Part shown: in pieces, positions 57,315 through 64,000 of the stretch
Layout of the letters: each line of letters opens with the position of its first letter
Position numbering within the stretch: position 1 is the first letter of the stretch
Virus record (IMG/VR): IMGVR_UViG_3300042507_005574
Length of the DNA stretch: 64,000 nucleotides
From: a virus
Strand: one strand, 5' to 3'
Made by a program: the position numbers and the translations under genes
Notes under the pieces: model-generated
Database searches by the model: none
What the model saw: only the letters and a program-made list of their open reading frames with translations
Told to the model about the DNA's origin: nothing

Positions 57315-59780
57315 TTAGAGATTCTTACTGATGAGTTCAGCGATCTGAGTCATCAGCGAACGGTTGGTGCGACGGTTGTCGAGGCTCTTCTTGAACGCCT
57401 TCTGAAGATCCCGCAGACCCTGCTTGCTGTTCTTATCCACGACGAGGTTTTCGAAGGTATCGACCACTTCTTCGATTCCTGCGTCAAGGATGATTCGAAC
57501 ATCGTAGCCAACGGGATTGTCGAGGGTGACGAATCCATTCTTATTGAATTCCTTCTTCAGGGCATCACCCTTGTCCCAATCGGCCTGAGGACTTTGCTCC
57601 CCGAGCCGTGCAGCACGGTCAGTCATCCAGCGGCGACGAGCAGCGTTCGAAGTGTAGGTTCCGAGGTGCTGTTCGATGCGGTGAGTGGCATCCCGAACAC
57701 CCGAGACCAGATCGATGCAGATGATCTTCGAACCCGTGCGGTCACGCAGAATCGAAGAGATCAGATTCGTCTGCTCATTGATATTGAACCCTCTGTAGTA
57801 CGCCATTTCGGTACGATTCTTATCGTAGCAGCGGTACTCACGGCGAGTCACGGGATCACGAACCGTGATGAAGGGAGTTTTTTCGCCGCAGCCGTCGCTG
57901 AAGTATTCAGCCGCAAGAATCGGGTCAGCCGCTTCGCCGTCGGTGAGAACCACCGTATTCACAATCTGAAGGTTGTTTGCCTTCTTGAAGGTCGGCACCA
58001 AGTGAGTCAGTGCCATCAGAGCGGTGTTCAGCGGAGTGCCGTTCAGACGAAGACCCGCCTGAGCGTAGAGATCGTGCAGGGCGTAAGCACCGAGATCCGT
58101 ACCCTGCTTGTACGCATTCTGGCTTTCCTTATTCTGACTAGAGACACCACGCTGCCGTCCCGAGCACCAGAACGACCAGCGCAGAAGGTGACCCGCCTGA
58201 ACTTGGAATCGCTTCTGATTCATGCCCGATTCGAAGAGCGTCAGAAGACGAGTAGTGGAATCCTGAAGAGTGCGGTAGGTGTTCGGAGTCTTGGTGTCCC
58301 AACCAACCTTATCGTCGCAGATCGTCGGCTTCGTATCGATGAAGCCGTAGACCTTGAAGGGGACATTGACCCGACGAGCGAAGGCAACCAGGTTGACCAA
58401 CTGCACGACGGTCTGGTAGATGATCCCGCTCATGCTGCCGCTCATATCGAGCAGCAGGACGATGCCGTGATTCTTACCCTCAAGGATCGTTGACGAGCGA
58501 AGGAAGATATCGTCGCTCACCTTGTAGGCATGGAGGCGAGTCGGGTCAAGCGAACCCGTATCGCTCAGAACCGTGCGACGGTGAGCGTCAGCGGCCTTGC
58601 GCCGTTCGAATTCGGTCGCAAGAGCCTGAACATTCCCGATATTGGAAGTCTTCCAAGCGTCGAACATCAACTGAGCCGCCGGAACGAGTTTGTCGTTATT
58701 GAGATGGTTTTCGATCTTTTCAATCGGAACAATCATCGACGGCGGCGGGGTCGGCAGATCAATCGTCAGGTAGTCATTGTTGCTGATCTTGGCGAGATCA
58801 CTCAGACCCTTTTCAAGGTTTCGCTGAGTCTCGCTACCCGAAGGAGGAGCGGTATCTTCGCCGCCAGTGGAGGGACTACCGTTTCGTGACGCAGACTTGG
58901 AATCGCTACCTTCAGCGGTCGATCCATCGTCTTCGTCGTTTTCTTCGCCCTCAGCGGTGCCTTCACCCTTCGAATCGCCGCCGTCCTGAGTAGTCTCAGC
59001 GTCGGCACCCTTATCGGAGGGAGTCTCTTCGCCCGAATCAGACTCTTCAGTCTGAGTGGTTTCTTGACCTTCGGACTTTTCGGAAGCATCGGACGAATCC
59101 CCGTCCCCATCTTCCTGATCCTGATCCTGATCGTCCTGATCCTGATCCTGATTCTTATCCTGATTCTTATCCTGTTCTTGCTGGCGAGCGAGATCGTAGA
59201 GAGCCTTGCTCAGATCCACAACCTCATCCCAAGTACGAGTTTCAGCCACTTGCCGAACGAGCGGGAGTTCCGCATCAGTGAACGGCACGGGAATGAACCA
59301 ACCGATCTTGTAGTGAAGATTCACACGGTCGATCAGCGGCAGGGAGGCCAAGGAATCCAACTTTTTGGCAACCCCGAAGAGGTCACGCTTCATGAACTCA
59401 CGGTAACCCGCAGCGAAGGAGCGGCGCAGACCGGGGTAGTCGGCCTTGATCAAGCGTTCGATTCGTGCGTCCTCGACCACATTCAGGTAGTCCTTAGCGA
59501 CGGCACGATTCTTGGGGTCGATTCGGTCGCATGCCGCCCACAAAGAATCCGCACCCTCAGGAGTGTAGAGGGCATGGCTCACTTCGTGACCGACGAGCAT
59601 ATCGTAGGCATCGTTGTCCACTTCCCACAAGGGAAGCGTCAGAGTGCGATTCTGAACATCGAACATGGCAGTGGGTGCTTTCGCATTAATCTGCACATTG
59701 ATGTTTTCAGCAGCCATGAGGCGGGCTAGTGCGCTCTTGGCGGCGAGATTGGCTTGGGGAGTTGGGGAGGTCTTCGTCAT
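57315..59780 (-). CDS. CobT-like protein: HEXXH metallopeptidase-like N-domain, acidic linker, VWA domain (start ATG 59780)
   Basis: TAMFD..NR.L.LP.W, GHEVSHALYT, NVVEDARIE; MIDAS LLLDMSGSM, GTPL, LTDGE. Confidence 0.85.
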   Translation of the reverse strand: MTKTSPTPQANLAAKSALARLMAAENINVQINAKAPTAMFDVQNRTLTLPLWEVDNDAYDMLVGHEVSHALYTPEGADSLWAACDRIDPKNRAVAKDYLNVVEDARIERLIKADYPGLRRSFAAGYREFMKRDLFGVAKKLDSLASLPLIDRVNLHYKIGWFIPVPFTDAELPLVRQVAETRTWDEVVDLSKALYDLARQQEQDKNQDKNQDQDQDDQDQDQEDGDGDSSDASEKSEGQETTQTEESDSGEETPSDKGADAETTQDGGDSKGEGTAEGEENDEDDGSTAEGSDSKSASRNGSPSTGGEDTAPPSGSETQRNLEKGLSDLAKISNNDYLTIDLPTPPPSMIVPIEKIENHLNNDKLVPAAQLMFDAWKTSNIGNVQALATEFERRKAADAHRRTVLSDTGSLDPTRLHAYKVSDDIFLRSSTILEGKNHGIVLLLDMSGSMSGIIYQTVVQLVNLVAFARRVNVPFKVYGFIDTKPTICDDKVGWDTKTPNTYRTLQDSTTRLLTLFESGMNQKRFQVQAGHLLRWSFWCSGRQRGVSSQNKESQNAYKQGTDLGAYALHDLYAQAGLRLNGTPLNTALMALTHLVPTFKKANNLQIVNTVVLTDGEAADPILAAEYFSDGCGEKTPFITVRDPVTRREYRCYDKNRTEMAYYRGFNINEQTNLISSILRDRTGSKIICIDLVSGVRDATHRIEQHLGTYTSNAARRRWMTDRAARLGEQSPQADWDKGDALKKEFNKNGFVTLDNPVGYDVRIILDAGIEEVVDTFENLVVDKNSKQGLRDLQKAFKKSLDNRRTNRSLMTQIAELISKNL
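59114..59174 (-). repeat. CAGGAT / CAGGATAAGAAT tandem repeats encoding QD/QDKN linker
   Basis: cctgat units visible on + strand; protein QDKNQDKNQDQDQDDQDQDQE. Confidence 0.85.
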
Positions 59781-59789
59781 TACGAGATA

Positions 59790-59818
59790 AGTATAGGGGG
59801 AAACGGGGGCTATGTCAA
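59790..59818 (-). promoter_or_regulatory. Sigma70-type early promoter for VWA gene
   Basis: TTGACA-17-TATACT. Confidence 0.85.
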
Positions 59819-59838
59819 GCCCATGCAACCATTAATAG

Positions 59839-59847
59839 TTATCCACA
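59839..59847 (+). promoter_or_regulatory. Perfect DnaA-box consensus TTATCCACA
   Basis: Exact 9-mer between divergent promoters; function not established. Confidence 0.35.
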
Positions 59848-59881
59848 AAGTTATTGGACAAGGCGTATTTCAATCCTTTAG

Positions 59882-59910
59882 TTGACACAAGACCGATTTG
59901 GGTGTATAGT
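59882..59910 (+). promoter_or_regulatory. Sigma70-type early promoter (divergent)
   Basis: TTGACA-17-TATAGT with extended -10 TG. Confidence 0.8.
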
Positions 59911-59933
59911 TCAGTTGTGAGGTGACTCCCATT

Positions 59934-60179
59934 ATGAATGATCCAAACAGAACCCTAACACCCGGCACTCGCCTGCGAACTCCTGATGGGGTCGATGATG
60001 GTGTTCTGGTTCTGTATCCAGGAGCCGTTTATGAATTGATTTCAGAAACTTCCTGGGACGATCTAGAGTGGTGGACCTGCAAGATTATCGGTCCTAACGA
60101 AAATATGACCGATAAGTTTGTGGCACTCAAGAACGGAAGTTTGATCAAAAATTCGACTTTGGTGGTCGATGCCTCTTGA
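59934..60179 (+). CDS. Hypothetical protein
   Basis: GAGGTG RBS before ATG 59934. Confidence 0.55.
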   Translation: MNDPNRTLTPGTRLRTPDGVDDGVLVLYPGAVYELISETSWDDLEWWTCKIIGPNENMTDKFVALKNGSLIKNSTLVVDAS

Positions 60180-60204
60180 CAACTGCTCCCAAAGTCTTTA
60201 GTAT
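60176..60204 (+). promoter_or_regulatory. Sigma70-type promoter for AAA+ gene
   Basis: TTGACA-17-TAGTAT. Confidence 0.6.
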
Positions 60205-60228
60205 TCGATTGTGAAAGGAACTCCCCTA

Positions 60229-61422
60229 ATGAATCTGACCCCAAAACAGCAAGCGTTCGTTGATGCCGCCCGTGAGCGGCTAGGGACTGATCGATCTGAA
60301 GATCTCGTCCTGACTCGCACCCAAGTGCTTGAGGTCGCTGCTGCCGTCGGGCAGAATCCGCCTCAGTGGCTCATGAATGAAGCCGCCTACCGTGCGGGTC
60401 GAGGTGTGTACCGAATTCCTGGTGAGGGCGGTACTCGTACCGTTGCTCCCGCTGCTCCGGCTCCCGTCGCTACCGCTCCTGCGGTGAAGACTGCCGCTGC
60501 GGTTCCCGAAGCGGCCTTGGCGTTCCATACGGGTGCGCTGATTCCCGAACGCATGGCATCCTATGTGCCGTTCGGTTGCCACAACGACATTAAGAAGATC
60601 GTTTCGAAGAAGGTCTTCTTCCCCGTCTATGTGACGGGTCTGTCTGGTAACGGTAAGACCACTACCTTCGAACAGGTCTGCGCCGAACTTGGGCGTGAAT
60701 TCTTCCGTGTGAATATCACTCCCGAAACCTCTGAGGACGATCTCCTTGGGGGCTTCCGCCTTGTCAACGGCGAAACCGTGTGGGTCGATGGCCCCGTCGT
60801 TACGGCCATGAAGCGTGGAGCCTTCCTCCTGCTTGACGAAGTCGATCTCGGCACGACGAAGGTCATGTGCCTTCAGCCCGTCCTTGAGGGCAAGGGCGTG
60901 TTCCTCAAGAAGACCAACGCATGGGTTCACCCTGCGAAGGGCTTCACCGTCGGCCTTACGGGTAACACCAAGGGTCGGGGTGACGAAACGGGCAAGTTCG
61001 TCGGTACGAACATCATGAACGAAGCGTTCCTTGACCGTGTTCCGCTCACCATCGAGCAGGAATACCCGAAGCCTGAGGTCGAAGAAAAGATCCTGCTCAA
61101 GATCATGGAACTCAATGGCGAAGTCGATCAGGAATTCGCTACGGTTCTGGTCCGTTGGGCGGATCAGATTCGCAAGTCCTACGCCGACGGTGCGACCGAA
61201 GATGTGATCACCACTCGCCGCCTTGTTCAGGCCGCTCAGGGGTATGCGATCTTCGGCAACCGCAAGAAGGCAGTCGAAGGGGTTCTCACTCGCTTCGACC
61301 GTCTGACGCAGGAAGCGTTCATGGATCTCTACGAGAAGTTGGACGCTCCCGTGGTGAAGGATAACCTTGGTGCTGCTCCCGGCGCTGAGACTGTTCAGTC
61401 TCGGTCGGACTGCCCCTTCTAA
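60229..61422 (+). CDS. cobS: CobS-like MoxR-family AAA+ ATPase
   Basis: YVPFG, FFPVYVTGLSGNGKT, RVNITPET.EDDLLGGFRLVNGETVW.DGPV, LLLDEVDL, NTKGRG, NEAFLDR, ITTRRLV; start may be GTG 60211 or ATG 60229. Confidence 0.9.
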   Translation: MNLTPKQQAFVDAARERLGTDRSEDLVLTRTQVLEVAAAVGQNPPQWLMNEAAYRAGRGVYRIPGEGGTRTVAPAAPAPVATAPAVKTAAAVPEAALAFHTGALIPERMASYVPFGCHNDIKKIVSKKVFFPVYVTGLSGNGKTTTFEQVCAELGREFFRVNITPETSEDDLLGGFRLVNGETVWVDGPVVTAMKRGAFLLLDEVDLGTTKVMCLQPVLEGKGVFLKKTNAWVHPAKGFTVGLTGNTKGRGDETGKFVGTNIMNEAFLDRVPLTIEQEYPKPEVEEKILLKIMELNGEVDQEFATVLVRWADQIRKSYADGATEDVITTRRLVQAAQGYAIFGNRKKAVEGVLTRFDRLTQEAFMDLYEKLDAPVVKDNLGAAPGAETVQSRSDCPF

Positions 61423-61441
61423 GAAACTGAGTCAGAGTCCC

Positions 61442-61464
61442 GCCCCGTAGCAATACGGGGCTTT
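61442..61464 (+). terminator. Hairpin (GCAA tetraloop) after cobS; weak terminator or stabilising stem
   Basis: GCCCCGTA-GCAA-TACGGGGC-TTT. Confidence 0.6.
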
Positions 61465-61489
61465 CTCCAAACTTTAAGAAAGGATAAGA

Positions 61490-61726
61490 ATGGCTAAGTA
61501 TACGCTGCGAACCACCTTCTTTAAGGCATCTTCCGATTCGATCATTCGTCCCGAAGACGCAGATGTTCTTTCGGAACACGAAAACCTTAAGGATGCTGTC
61601 GCTGCACAGCAGAAGTCTTCGATTCGTTGTTTTGTGTACGACGAAGTGTACGACATTCCTCTGTACTGGCATCAGTGGAATGCACCGAAGAATGATACTG
61701 ATGCCGTTCCTTCGGGAGCAGACTAA
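61490..61726 (+). CDS. Hypothetical protein
   Basis: AAGGA RBS; 78 aa. Confidence 0.65.
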   Translation: MAKYTLRTTFFKASSDSIIRPEDADVLSEHENLKDAVAAQQKSSIRCFVYDEVYDIPLYWHQWNAPKNDTDAVPSGAD

Positions 61727-61968
61727 TGAATTCACAACCAGTCCAAGATGTTTCATTTGGATTCTTAAGAATCTGTGGGGTTCTTTGGTACATGGCATTT
61801 CTTACCGTCGCCTTCATTGTCGGAATTGGAATGCTAACAGGCACTATGGAACCCACTCTTAAGAATGCATTCCTTCTTGTTTGGATGCCATTCGTTGTCG
61901 CTTTCATCATCTTTCTTGTGATTAGCCCAATCATTTTGATTCTCACCATTACGGGTTTGTTACGGTAA
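61726..61968 (+). CDS. 2-TM membrane protein
   Basis: Two long hydrophobic segments; TAATG coupling. Confidence 0.65.
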   Translation: MNSQPVQDVSFGFLRICGVLWYMAFLTVAFIVGIGMLTGTMEPTLKNAFLLVWMPFVVAFIIFLVISPIILILTITGLLR

Positions 61969-61997
61969 ACAATCTTTCGAAATTCATCGATTCGATA

Positions 61998-62025
61998 TTG
62001 ACAAACCCTTCAAACCTCGTATACT
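61998..62025 (+). promoter_or_regulatory. Sigma70-type early promoter
   Basis: TTGACA-16-TATACT. Confidence 0.8.
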
Positions 62026-62059
62026 CTACGCAACAACCTCAATAAGGAGAACACAAAAA

Positions 62060-62293
62060 ATGCCTCGTCCTCGTAAGCAAATCAACCTCGACTTTTCCGC
62101 AATCGAAACCGCTCTCAACAACGGAGAATCGGTGGATCTGAAGCGACTCGCTGCACAAAACGGCACTTGTCCTCCCGTGATTCGTCGTATTCTCTCGGAA
62201 CACTTCGGTTCCCGTCTGCACTTCAAGCCTGGCCGTAATGGTGGTATTCGTTGGGAGGCTACTCAGCCGACCCCTGCTGACACCACTGTCTGA
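62060..62293 (+). CDS. Small basic protein, possible winged-HTH DNA binder
   Basis: TAAGGAG RBS; VDLKRLAAQNGTCPPVIRRIL helix-turn-helix-like, then GRNGGIRW wing-like (cf. Rrf2-type GxxGG). Confidence 0.6.
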   Translation: MPRPRKQINLDFSAIETALNNGESVDLKRLAAQNGTCPPVIRRILSEHFGSRLHFKPGRNGGIRWEATQPTPADTTV

Positions 62294-62379
62294 TCTTTTT
62301 CGAATGGTTTCTTATGGTAATGGCATTCCATAAGAAACTCTAACCACAACGGGTTACTAATACCCAAAGGAGATTTAAT

Positions 62380-62682
62380 ATGCCCACTTGCACTCAGAAG
62401 CGTAACACCAAGACCTCGTACCGTAGCCGTATCGCCGCTCAGAACCTCATGGAAGGTGACACTTTCATCATGCGTGGTGAACCGAACCTCAGCGTTTGGC
62501 ACATCAAGCGTAACGAAAAGAAGGGCATCATCGTGGTGTCCCTGAGCGACGAGACTTACCGCACCTTCGATTGGAACGATAAGGTTTCGATTGTCGAAAC
62601 TCCGGCTCGTAATCGTTTCCGTCGCAACTCGCTGCGCCGCTACGGTTACCCGAACTACATGGACTACAGCGCCAGCCGCTAA
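62380..62682 (+). CDS. Basic hypothetical protein
   Basis: AAGGAG RBS; AQNLMEGDTF beta-rich pattern. Confidence 0.7.
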   Translation: MPTCTQKRNTKTSYRSRIAAQNLMEGDTFIMRGEPNLSVWHIKRNEKKGIIVVSLSDETYRTFDWNDKVSIVETPARNRFRRNSLRRYGYPNYMDYSASR

Positions 62683-62713
62683 GTCCTGACTCGTAAAACC
62701 TGGGGAGGTTCCG

Positions 62714-62752
62714 ACCCCCGTGATCCGAAAGGACACGGGGGTTTTTATTTTT
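62714..62752 (+). terminator. Rho-independent terminator
   Basis: ACCCCCGTGATCC-GAAA-GGACACGGGGGT-TTTTATTTTT. Confidence 0.88.
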
Positions 62753-62878
62753 AGTGGTTTTATGCTGTTTTTTAACGATTTTGTGTGTTTTTTAGCGATT
62801 TTATGTGTTTTTTAGCGATTTTATGTGTTTTTTAGCGATTTTATGTGTTTTTTAGCGATTTTGTGAGTTTTTTAGCGA
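62751..62878. repeat. Tandem array, 20-bp unit TTTAGCGATTTTATGTGTTT
   Basis: Three identical units, two variants, plus degenerate/partial flanking units. Confidence 0.92.
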
Positions 62879-63334
62879 ACTCTTAGAGTTTTTACCCCAC
62901 ACCCACGCAACTCCAAAACTTTTACGAATTTTTACGAATTCGTGAGAATTTTGTGGCACACCCCACCGCCCACCTCTAAAACTTTGACCCCCCCTTTATA
63001 ATTTTTTCGGAATTTTGGGTTGAGCCTCCCCCGGCTTAGCCCCCTGCCACTCGTTTCCACTCAAAAGTCGCAGAAAATACAGGTGACACCCCCCTACCCT
63101 CAACTTTTTCAAAATCGAAATTCGGGGCCATCTCAAAAATTTTTTGGATATTTGCGCTTTTTTGGGGTTTTTAGTGATTTTGAAGCATTTTAGCGTTTTT
63201 GAGGTTTGACCATTTTTCGAGGATTTCCCAAATTTTCGACCCCTTTGCCTTCTTGAGTCATTTCATGCCTTTATGGTGAGTCTGAAAAATTTTTCGGGTA
63301 TTTTCAGGTTTTAACAGGTCGATCTAATAAATCA

Positions 63335-63341
63335 ATAAATA
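63335..63341 (+). promoter_or_regulatory. Late promoter motif ATAAATA
   Basis: Followed by GGAG and ATG 63360. Confidence 0.65.
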
Positions 63342-63359
63342 CACCAATGGGAGATCACT

Positions 63360-63911
63360 ATGCCATTTAACAATAACTGGGACGGTATTCAGCGCAACAA
63401 ACAGCCGATCAACGAAGCAACTTCCGAAGAAAAGGCAAAACAGGCTGCGATAGATGCAAGGGTTCGTAAAATGAATACTGATAATGCCGTTGAACAAGTC
63501 AAAGAAATCTTGAGATCTTACGGCAATGACAAGAAGCAAAGAGAGATGATTATTGCTGCAATCAAGAATATCAAGGAAGAGACATCAGCAGCAGCGGCGC
63601 AACGACTTGATGAAAGTCGCCCTCTCAATGAGGAGTACATCGAACTGGAAGATGTAGCAAGAAATATCCGCATCATGTCGGATACCGTAAAGAACAAATC
63701 CTTGTACCCGTCAGATATCAGTTCCTACCTCAAGCAACTCGCAGGATCGTTGCAGATCGCCCATCGGCAGCAGCAGGACTTCTATGATGGTGTCATCTAT
63801 TCCATTGATGGGGTTCGCAAGATGTTGATGAATCCCTCTCGCCATGGCAACATGGAGATCTTGAAGGAACTTGATATAATCATTCGTGAACTGAAAAAAT
63901 ATAAGAAATGA
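63360..63911 (+). CDS. Putative internal head protein
   Basis: Late promoter; multiple gp21-type (I/L)-x-E sites (INE, IKE, LDE, LNE); NWDGIxR leader. Confidence 0.55.
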   Translation: MPFNNNWDGIQRNKQPINEATSEEKAKQAAIDARVRKMNTDNAVEQVKEILRSYGNDKKQREMIIAAIKNIKEETSAAAAQRLDESRPLNEEYIELEDVARNIRIMSDTVKNKSLYPSDISSYLKQLAGSLQIAHRQQQDFYDGVIYSIDGVRKMLMNPSRHGNMEILKELDIIIRELKKYKK

Positions 63912-63924
63912 TTGAGGTGTAACC

Positions 63925-64000
63925 ATGCTAAACGATAACTGGGACGGTATTCTCCGTAAGAATAAACTTGTTGAAGAGACTTTGTTGGAAGACAAGTACT
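63925..64000 (+). CDS. Putative internal head protein, 3'-truncated by window edge
   Basis: GAGGT RBS; MLNDNWDGILRKNKLVEETLLEDKY shares the NWDGIxR leader. Confidence 0.55.
   Translation, partial: MLNDNWDGILRKNKLVEETLLEDKY

Noticed and set aside
59781-59828. N-terminal extension of VWA ORF from 59828 (likewise extensions at 56694, 55601, 4859)
   Set aside because: These extensions overlap promoter elements or upstream genes; downstream ATGs fit better.
57594-60930. Long antisense ORFs (57594-58493, 59064-59729, 60280-60930)
   Set aside because: Shadow frames of GC-rich VWA and cobS genes, with no recognisable motifs.
60229-61422. Cobalamin biosynthesis auxiliary metabolic gene
   Set aside because: No cobN or other cob genes in the window; the phage CobS-like clade is better read as a MoxR AAA+ ATPase.
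62751-62878. CRISPR array
   Set aside because: Repeats are contiguous with no unique spacers, and no cas genes are present.
1-64000. tRNA genes, introns/inteins, homing endonucleases, integrase, reverse transcriptase/DGR, alternative genetic code
   Set aside because: None recognised. Core genes (gp17, gp20, gp23) are uninterrupted and of normal length under the standard code.

Overview
This is 64 kb of a large T4-like myovirus genome. Positions ~1-44200 (+ strand) hold a nearly complete late morphogenesis module: baseplate (gp53, hub, gp5, PAAR, gp25, gp6, gp7-like, gp8), a VrlC-like protein, two collar-type tail fibres flanking a GT2-TPR glycosyltransferase, then gp13-gp23 and two gp3-like genes. 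This module is punctuated by (C/A)TAAATA late-promoter motifs. Positions ~44200-62700 are an accessory/early region, mostly on the minus strand, with near-consensus sigma70 promoters, several apparently driving leaderless mRNAs. It contains gmd, two late-promoter membrane/lysis-like cassettes, two PEP-CTERM-like proteins, a protease-dockerin protein and a divergent HEXXH-VWA / CobS(MoxR) AAA+ pair. The PEP-CTERM and dockerin styles suggest a planctomycete (Phycisphaerae-like) host; this is inference. Top candidates for new biology: (1) a putative sequon-directed virion glycosylation system (pervasive G-x-[T/S]-[G/A] motifs in exterior virion proteins, plus the GT2-TPR enzyme and Gmd); (2) a ~290-nt highly structured stand-alone ncRNA with its own promoter and terminator; (3) a shared N-terminal NWDGIxR leader resembling a capsid-targeting sequence; (4) a Cys-rich domain shared between a gp15 extension and an orphan baseplate-region protein; (5) a 20-bp phased T-tract array in a ~600-bp non-coding region. 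All product calls come from motif recognition and synteny by eye; no database searches were run.
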